Shown one piece after another: positions 27,901-32,000 of a stretch of DNA of 32,000 nt. Within the stretch, counting starts at the first letter, position 1, and every line of letters begins with the position of its first letter. The DNA is from Candidatus Hermodarchaeota archaeon (GTDB lineage: Archaea > Asgardarchaeota > Heimdallarchaeia > Hodarchaeales > Hodarchaeaceae): positions 60,001 through 92,000 of the forward strand of contig JBHLKY010000015.1 in assembly GCA_048886185.1 (NCBI GenBank). Reading direction: 5' to 3'. The notes under the pieces are model-generated. The model was given only the letters and a program-made list of their open reading frames with translations. It was not told the origin of the DNA and made no database searches. Both the position numbers and the translations under genes were made by a program.

Positions 27901-30900
27901 TTGTACTTGTGGCCCAATTGTCGGTCGAATACTTAATCCAGACAGTATCCACACCACTAGCATCTCCTGGTTCAGATACAGTGATAGAAGCAATAACGGT
28001 ACCGTTATATTCAGGGGAAGTGGTGGTTTGAGCAGCTGGAGTGATTAAATCAGGAATATAAGAGTCGATGACTGAGAAGGAGTGTTCCTCACTCGAAGCG
28101 GTGTTTCCTGCGGTGTCGTTGTAAAGAATAACCCATTGATAGACTTGGTTATAGAATAATAATGAGTCTGTAAAGACAAATGTTTGCGTTTCTGTAATAT
28201 TGACCGTTGTACTTGTGGCCCAATTGTCGGTCGAATAATTAATCCAGACAGTATCCACGCCACTTGCATCTCCAGGTTCAGACACAATGATGGATGCAAT
28301 AACGGAGCCGTTATATTCAGGAGTAATGGTGGTTTGAGCAGCAGAAGTGATTAAATCTGGACTATAGGAGTCAATGACTGAGAAGGAGAATTCCTCACTC
28401 GAATCGTTATTTCCTGCATTATCGATAAATACAATCTTCCATCGATACATTTCACCATATGATAAAATTTCATTTGAAAAAGTGTATGATTGAGTTGAGG
28501 TAATATTTTCAATCATAAAGGTTTCCCAGTTGTCTGTGGTATAGTTAATCCACACAGTATTCACACCACTTGCATCTAGTGGTTCTGTAACAAGGATTGA
28601 TGCAGTCACTGAACCATTAAATTCGGGAGTAGATGTTGTTTGACTAGCAGCATCTTCAACATTAGGTAGATAAGAATCAATAACAGTAAAGGATTCAATC
28701 GTTGTTTGATCACTATTTCCAGCTGTATCATTAAATTTAAAGTACCACATATATTTTTGACCAAAAGTTAGCATATCTGGGGTGAAAGTAAAGTTACTTG
28801 TACTAGTAACATCTATCTCTACCCAAGAACCAGTATTTACACGATAGCATAGCAAGATTGTGTCTACGCCACTGGCATTTCCAGGATCACTAACCATAAC
28901 GGAAACTGTGTTTGATCCGTTATATTCAGGAGTGGAACTAGTCTGAGTCAGATTAGTGTACTCCATGGAAGTATTATCAGTAACAGTGAACGTTAAGATT
29001 TCTGTCTCATCATTATTTCCTTCTGTATCATTAAACCAGAAACGCCAATCATAAATATCGCCATAATTGAGTATGGCTTCCGTAAAAGTAAAATTACTTG
29101 TCGATGTGACATCTATCTCGATCCACATACCACTATTAATCCGATATTTTAGTATAATTGTGTCCACTCCACTTGCATCTATTGGTTCAAATACATTCAC
29201 AGATACAGTATTCGATCCATTATATTCGGGAGTTTCTGTAGTTTGTTCTAACATAGAATAAATAGGGGCAGTATAATCATCAACATAAAATGAATAATTC
29301 GTTGTTTCGGCACTGTTTCCTTCTGTATCATTAAACCAGAATCGCCAATCATAAATATCGCCATAATTGAGCATTTCTTCAGTAAAAATGAAGTAGCTTG
29401 TTAAAGTGACATCAACTTCTGTCCATGACTCACTATTAAGACTATAAAATAATAAAACAGTATCCACTCCTGCAGCATCTGAAGGTTCATTCACAACTAT
29501 AGAAATAGTATTGGATCCATCATATTCAGGAGAAGCAGTCGTTTGTTGAGCAATTTCCTCGATATCAGGTGCATAGGAATCAATCACTGTGAATAAGAAT
29601 GCTTCACTAAAGGCTTTATTACCTGCAGTATCATTGTAACCAATAATCCAGTTATATGTTTGGTCAAACTTTAACATCTCCGCAGTAAAAATGAAAGTTT
29701 GGGTTGAAGTTATATTTACAACTGTAAAAGTAACCCAATTATCAAGTGTATAGTTAATCCATATAGAATCTATCCCACTAGCATTCCCTGGTTCTATAAC
29801 AGTAATAGAAGTAGTTACTGTACTATTGAATTCAGGAGTAGCAGTAGATTGAATTGCTGAACTAATTACATCAGGGGCATAGGAATCGATTACTTCAAAA
29901 GATAATTCTTTACTAAAAGCAGTATTCCCTGCAGAGTCGTTATAACCTATTACCCATTGATATTTTTGACCATATACTAATATAGCTTCATTAAATATGA
30001 AATCTTGAGTAAGAGATATATCAACTAACATGTAATTTAACCAATCATCTATTGTATAATTAATCCAGACAGTATCCACACCACTAGCGTCTCCAGGTTC
30101 AACTACTTGAATTGAGGCAATTACAGAGTTATTAAATTCAGGTCTTGAAGTATTTTGATTGGCTCTAATTAACACATCAGGAACATAAGTGTCTATCACA
30201 ACAAAAGTAAACTCACTACTTGAACCTGTATTGCCAATGGTATCATTGTAGCTTATTACCCAGGAATAAATTTGGGGGTATTCTAACATCTCTTCAGCAA
30301 ATGTGAACCTTTGAGTTGAGGTAATATTCACAATCGTGAAATTAATCCAATTATTAATGGTATAATTAATCCAAATGGTGTTTATTCCACAGGCATCTTC
30401 AGGTTCAGTTACCTGAATAGAAGCTGTAACAGTATCATTAAATTCTGGTGTTGAAGTAGTTTGAGATGCCTCAACTATCACATCAGGCGCATAAGAGTCG
30501 ATAACTATGAAAGAAAGTTCCTCGCTATAAGCTATATTTCCTGCAAAATCGGTATAACGCATTATCCACTGATATTTTTGATTAAAACGTAACATGTTTG
30601 AAGTAAAGATGAAAATCTGCAATGTAGTAATTTCAGCAACAGTGTAGCTAGACCAATTATCAGTAGTATAGTGGATCCAAAGCCTTTTAAAGCCACTCGC
30701 ATCCACCGGTTCATTTACATTAATTGAGGCTATCACACTAGCATTATATTGAGGATTGAAAGTTGTTTGACTAGCGGGGATTATCACATCAGGTGCAAAT
30801 GAATCAACCACTGTAAAAGAGAGTTCCTCACTATATCCGATATTGCCTAAACTATCGTTATATCCAATTATCCACCGATAAATCTGATTATATTCTAGCA

Positions 30901-32000
30901 TTGCAGCTGTGAAAATGAATGATTGGGTCTGATTAATATTCACAACAACAAAATTATTCCAATCATCTATTGTATAATTTATCCAAACTGTATCCATCCC
31001 ACTAGCATCAGAAGGTTCAGTTACTTGAATAGTTGCCTCTACAGTCCCATTATACTCTGGAGTAGAATCAGTTTGTGATGCCTTCACTATTACATCAGGT
31101 GCATAGGTGTCAATAACTGTAAAGGAAAACTTATTAGAATACCCCATATTACCTACAGTATCGTTATAGCCAATATACCATCGATAGGTTTGATTATATT
31201 TAAGTATAGCTTCAGTAAATATGAAAGACTGGGTTGTGGTTATATCCACAATTATAAAGGTTAACCAGTCGTTTATGGTGTAATTTATCCATACGGTATC
31301 TATACCACTAGCATTAATAGGCTCATAAACTTGAATAGATGCCTCTACAGTCCCATTATACTCTGGATTAGAATCAGTTTGTGATGCATCAATTATTACA
31401 TCAGGCGCATAAGTATCAATTACTGTAAAGGAAAGCTCATTAGAATACCCCGTATTACCTGCAGTATCGTTGTAGCCAATATACCATCTATAAATTTGAC
31501 TGTATTTAAGCATTGTTTCAGTGAAAGTGAAAGATTGAGTAAGGGTAATATTCTTCACTATATATGATACCCAATTATCTAATGTATAATTAATCCAAAT
31601 AAAATCTAAACCTGCTGCATCCCCTGGTTCTGTTACTGTAATGGAAGTGGTCACAGTTTCATTAAATTCAGGAATAAATGTGGATTGAGTGATAGGCACT
31701 TCAACATCAGGAATAAAACTATCAATAACATAAAAGAGAAATTCATCACTGAAACCAGTATTACCTACTGTATCATTGTACCCTAATATCCATTGATAGG
31801 TTTCTCCATATTCTATCATGTCTTCGGTAAATGTAAACATTTCTGTTAAGGTAATATCTATTATTATAAAGGAATCCCAAGAGTCTGTTGTGTAATTAAT
31901 CCAAATAGTATCCACACCACTGGCATCAGAAGATTCACTTACATCTATTGATACAACAACACTGCTATTAAATTCAGGATAAGCTGTTGATTGAGATGCC
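21941..32000 (-). CDS. giant (>3350 aa) cell-surface glycoprotein/adhesin with Ig-like repeats, a right-handed beta-helix and a C-terminal TM anchor; 5' end outside the window
   Basis: The frame stays open from 31915 to the window edge (ASQSTAYPEFNSSVVVSIDVSESSDASG), so the track start is internal. About 26 repeats with ND[TS]xGN; NosD/pectin-lyase-like I-x-L-x-x-S-x-x-N repeats at ~24230-25940; ends ILLLGAFSVVVIVSFTASTLLLKRKKNT. Confidence 0.9.
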   Translation of the reverse strand, partial: ASQSTAYPEFNSSVVVSIDVSESSDASGVDTIWINYTTDSWDSFIIIDITLTEMFTFTEDMIEYGETYQWILGYNDTVGNTGFSDEFLFYVIDSFIPDVEVPITQSTFIPEFNETVTTSITVTEPGDAAGLDFIWINYTLDNWVSYIVKNITLTQSFTFTETMLKYSQIYRWYIGYNDTAGNTGYSNELSFTVIDTYAPDVIIDASQTDSNPEYNGTVEASIQVYEPINASGIDTVWINYTINDWLTFIIVDITTTQSFIFTEAILKYNQTYRWYIGYNDTVGNMGYSNKFSFTVIDTYAPDVIVKASQTDSTPEYNGTVEATIQVTEPSDASGMDTVWINYTIDDWNNFVVVNINQTQSFIFTAAMLEYNQIYRWIIGYNDSLGNIGYSEELSFTVVDSFAPDVIIPASQTTFNPQYNASVIASINVNEPVDASGFKRLWIHYTTDNWSSYTVAEITTLQIFIFTSNMLRFNQKYQWIMRYTDFAGNIAYSEELSFIVIDSYAPDVIVEASQTTSTPEFNDTVTASIQVTEPEDACGINTIWINYTINNWINFTIVNITSTQRFTFAEEMLEYPQIYSWVISYNDTIGNTGSSSEFTFVVIDTYVPDVLIRANQNTSRPEFNNSVIASIQVVEPGDASGVDTVWINYTIDDWLNYMLVDISLTQDFIFNEAILVYGQKYQWVIGYNDSAGNTAFSKELSFEVIDSYAPDVISSAIQSTATPEFNSTVTTSITVIEPGNASGIDSIWINYTLDNWVTFTVVNITSTQTFIFTAEMLKFDQTYNWIIGYNDTAGNKAFSEAFLFTVIDSYAPDIEEIAQQTTASPEYDGSNTISIVVNEPSDAAGVDTVLLFYSLNSESWTEVDVTLTSYFIFTEEMLNYGDIYDWRFWFNDTEGNSAETTNYSFYVDDYTAPIYSMLEQTTETPEYNGSNTVSVNVFEPIDASGVDTIILKYRINSGMWIEIDVTSTSNFTFTEAILNYGDIYDWRFWFNDTEGNNDETEILTFTVTDNTSMEYTNLTQTSSTPEYNGSNTVSVMVSDPGNASGVDTILLCYRVNTGSWVEIDVTSTSNFTFTPDMLTFGQKYMWYFKFNDTAGNSDQTTIESFTVIDSYLPNVEDAASQTTSTPEFNGSVTASILVTEPLDASGVNTVWINYTTDNWETFMIENITSTQSYTFSNEILSYGEMYRWKIVFIDNAGNNDSSEEFSFSVIDSYSPDLITSAAQTTITPEYNGSVIASIIVSEPGDASGVDTVWINYSTDNWATSTTVNITETQTFVFTDSLLFYNQVYQWVILYNDTAGNTASSEEHSFSVIDSYIPDLITPAAQTTTSPEYNGTVIASITVSEPGDASGVDTVWIKYSTDNWATSTMVNITKTQTFVFTDSLLFYNQVYQWVILYNDTVGNTASSEEHSFSVIDSYIPDLITPAAQTTTTPEYNGTVIASITVSEPGDASGVDTVWINYTIDNWNNFLVINITETQTFIFTDTNLEYGQIYRWIIAYNDTAGNFATSNEFTFTVIDSYSPDVSITPSQTTSTPDYNGTVIASIVVAEPSDAAGIDTIWINYTSNNWQSFTVANISKTQYYTFNESLLVFGQTFQWIIGYNDSIGNYAISSEFSFVVIDSYAPDVEIKPVQTDSTPEFNGSTSVSILVTESFDASGVDTVWINYTINNWQTFTIVEITTTQSFTFNDLMLFYGQVYKWKIGYNDTVGNIAFSNEFSFEVVDNFVPEIIEPPNQVANTPEYDEINTVSIVVSEESDASGVDKILLYYRINNDSWEEVDCSTTSSYTFADLAYNQSYEWYFWFNDTAGNNDQSIKQFFNVIDNTVPSFSDLTQTSVKPEYDESNTVSVTITEPQDASGVDTILLYYRINFMSWIIVDVTETSTYTFTEEMLTYGQIYNWYFWYNDTAGNSDDTSHYVGFKSFYVEDLTVPNINHPFDVTISEGVTDTELSWLPNDVYPSSYVIYQNGTVILSGPWNGSSIDLQITELPIGDYNYTLIVFDQKNNQAKDTVWLSVVKHFNLPSMGDWIIENHTIILENDILTLNGNLLILKNGTLTLRNITVYMTYISSSQSRIEIFKGGSLTIETGSSITSIDSTNSYQIKVKNGSSFRMNSSSISYCGNASSEFGSLWINTDGVQITNSYFINNYYPLILDHASNCLIKDNTFKNNYFGLYLRNSSNNNLYSNTFINISFNGITLSHSTNNVIQENQINNIEHSGDLIKNPYSLGNIGTGIYLYYSDDNYITFNSITDISGGIGEGTNDTNSSGGNDGIGAGIFLSNSHDNYFSFNLITDITGGMGGAANGSYSSGGNGGIGTGIYLSNSTKNRFYSNWINDIIGGIGGTADSSYGSGGNGGIGAGIYFSNSTENLLRYNNINNIMEAIGGRGNVNGTKGSAFGIFLENNSFNNLLQTNRLDYNLIIYLFGQADTVIEGYTLTAQSNPTNLGKIVLINCHNITVMNNIISNYQGAAGATGASTIPGYLGESGVAIFLLNSENIIIKNNTIKNIKGGIGGTGGYQASGGSGGVGIGIYLLNSTYNIIQNNIVSDIIGGIGGEGGYASSNGPGGNSTSIYLVNSSYNSISSVIFNIKPGLGNPDGNHEYLQFNYYSENNIWIYQETAEVNYDLDHIVFFGVENISNIDTCLLYYRVDDETWTSINISTSHNFMFYSDLLFYGQIWECYYWINETSGFSHQTPILFFIITDIGPRLYSEVNQTNSLPEYTEFNTVFIIPDEPEGSSGIDTILLFYQVDNGAWLMVDVTTMKNYTFTSDMFIYGQFYKWYFLINDLAGNSNTTAIYSFSVVDKTSPTYTNPTQTNTHIEYDETNIVEVNVIESDQASGVETILLYYQVNNNGSWIFVDVSDTSSYIFTADMLSYNQNYDWYFWFNDTAGNSNLTATQSFIIIDTTAPTFSDLFQQNTTIPQGSEDPFQEDTVIQYCESNTVSVDISEPEDASGVDTVLLYYRVNNEAWKHIDVSYIQNYTFKASMLTFSQVYDWFFWFNDTAGNYGSTDILSFTVIDTIAPVAGHLTEGHPEYDADFTVSVNLIEPEDASGVDTILLYYRHNNHDNNLWLDPIDVSNTANYTFDNKALIYPDFYDWYFWFNDTAGNSNQTIIYTFTVTDNTPPSFLSMQQDISPLEYDKSATISIVIAEPTDASGVDEIYFYYKDNSTSSKWLNALVTENQSFRIDSSLLVYGHVWVWYFWYNDTAGNNDTTKTMSSTVRDFNPPSYSKINQTEEVLTAGMNNTISIVVWEPKDASGIEKVLLWYRHEDQGEASWSSLDITKSRSHTFNHDELEDGTYYWYLEIKDRAGNVVETAKESFQVIVEEVIFDPILLLGAFSVVVIVSFTASTLLLKRKKNT
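26240..32000 (-). repeat. tandem ~300-306-nt repeats, 19 units visible in this array
   Basis: Identical anchors recur at 27631, 27937 and 28243 (306 nt), at 31039 and 31345 (306 nt), and at 29021 and 29321 (300 nt). Confidence 0.92.

Noticed and set aside
565-29261. Short overlapping or antisense ORFs in the track (e.g. 565-855, 3178-3582, 14145-14411, 14421-14684, 19955-20368, 27739-27993, 28045-28299)
   Set aside because: They are shadows of longer, motif-bearing genes. The duplicated ones simply mirror tandem repeats.
31915-31915. Track start codon for the giant ORF
   Set aside because: It is an internal GTG (Val of GVDTIW). The frame is open and still repetitive up to base 32000.
26240-32000. 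CRISPR array or DGR template/variable repeats
   Set aside because: The repeats are in-frame coding units of 300-306 nt without spacers, show no adenine-specific mismatch pattern that I could see, and no cas or reverse transcriptase gene is present.

Overview
AT-rich archaeal-type window. The gene content (MglA/CvnD-like small GTPase, many N-x-S/T-rich surface proteins, a PGF-type sorting signal, TATA/BRE promoters) suggests an Asgard archaeon, probably Heimdallarchaeia; this is inference only. The left part (1-8.3 kb) has a minus-strand GTPase plus tandem winged-helix-like operon, divergent from a 1024-aa HerA/DUF87-type ATPase with a coiled coil and a 28-Cys Zn-finger tail. These are followed by a UbiA prenyltransferase, a GYD protein, a membrane protein and a class III aminotransferase. 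The middle (8.3-19.4 kb) is a block of secreted/surface genes bracketed by the intact aminotransferase and a pseudogenised copy of its 3' half. Inside it, a 1711-aa multidomain subtilase is flanked by a diverged ~360-bp inverted duplication. Each copy has a TATA-like box and a ~115-nt structured core whose 11-bp stem shows a compensatory A-T/G-C change. A 15-mer from that core recurs in a third structured leader at 16.2 kb. The right part has a single-pass coiled-coil protein, two tandem membrane paralogs, and a >3350-aa surface protein that runs off the window (about 26 Ig-like repeats plus a beta-helix with Gly-rich loops). The best candidates for novelty are the repeated structured element/ncRNA family and the GTPase/wHTH/ATPase module. 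No rRNA, tRNA, CRISPR array or intact transposase/integrase was recognised.
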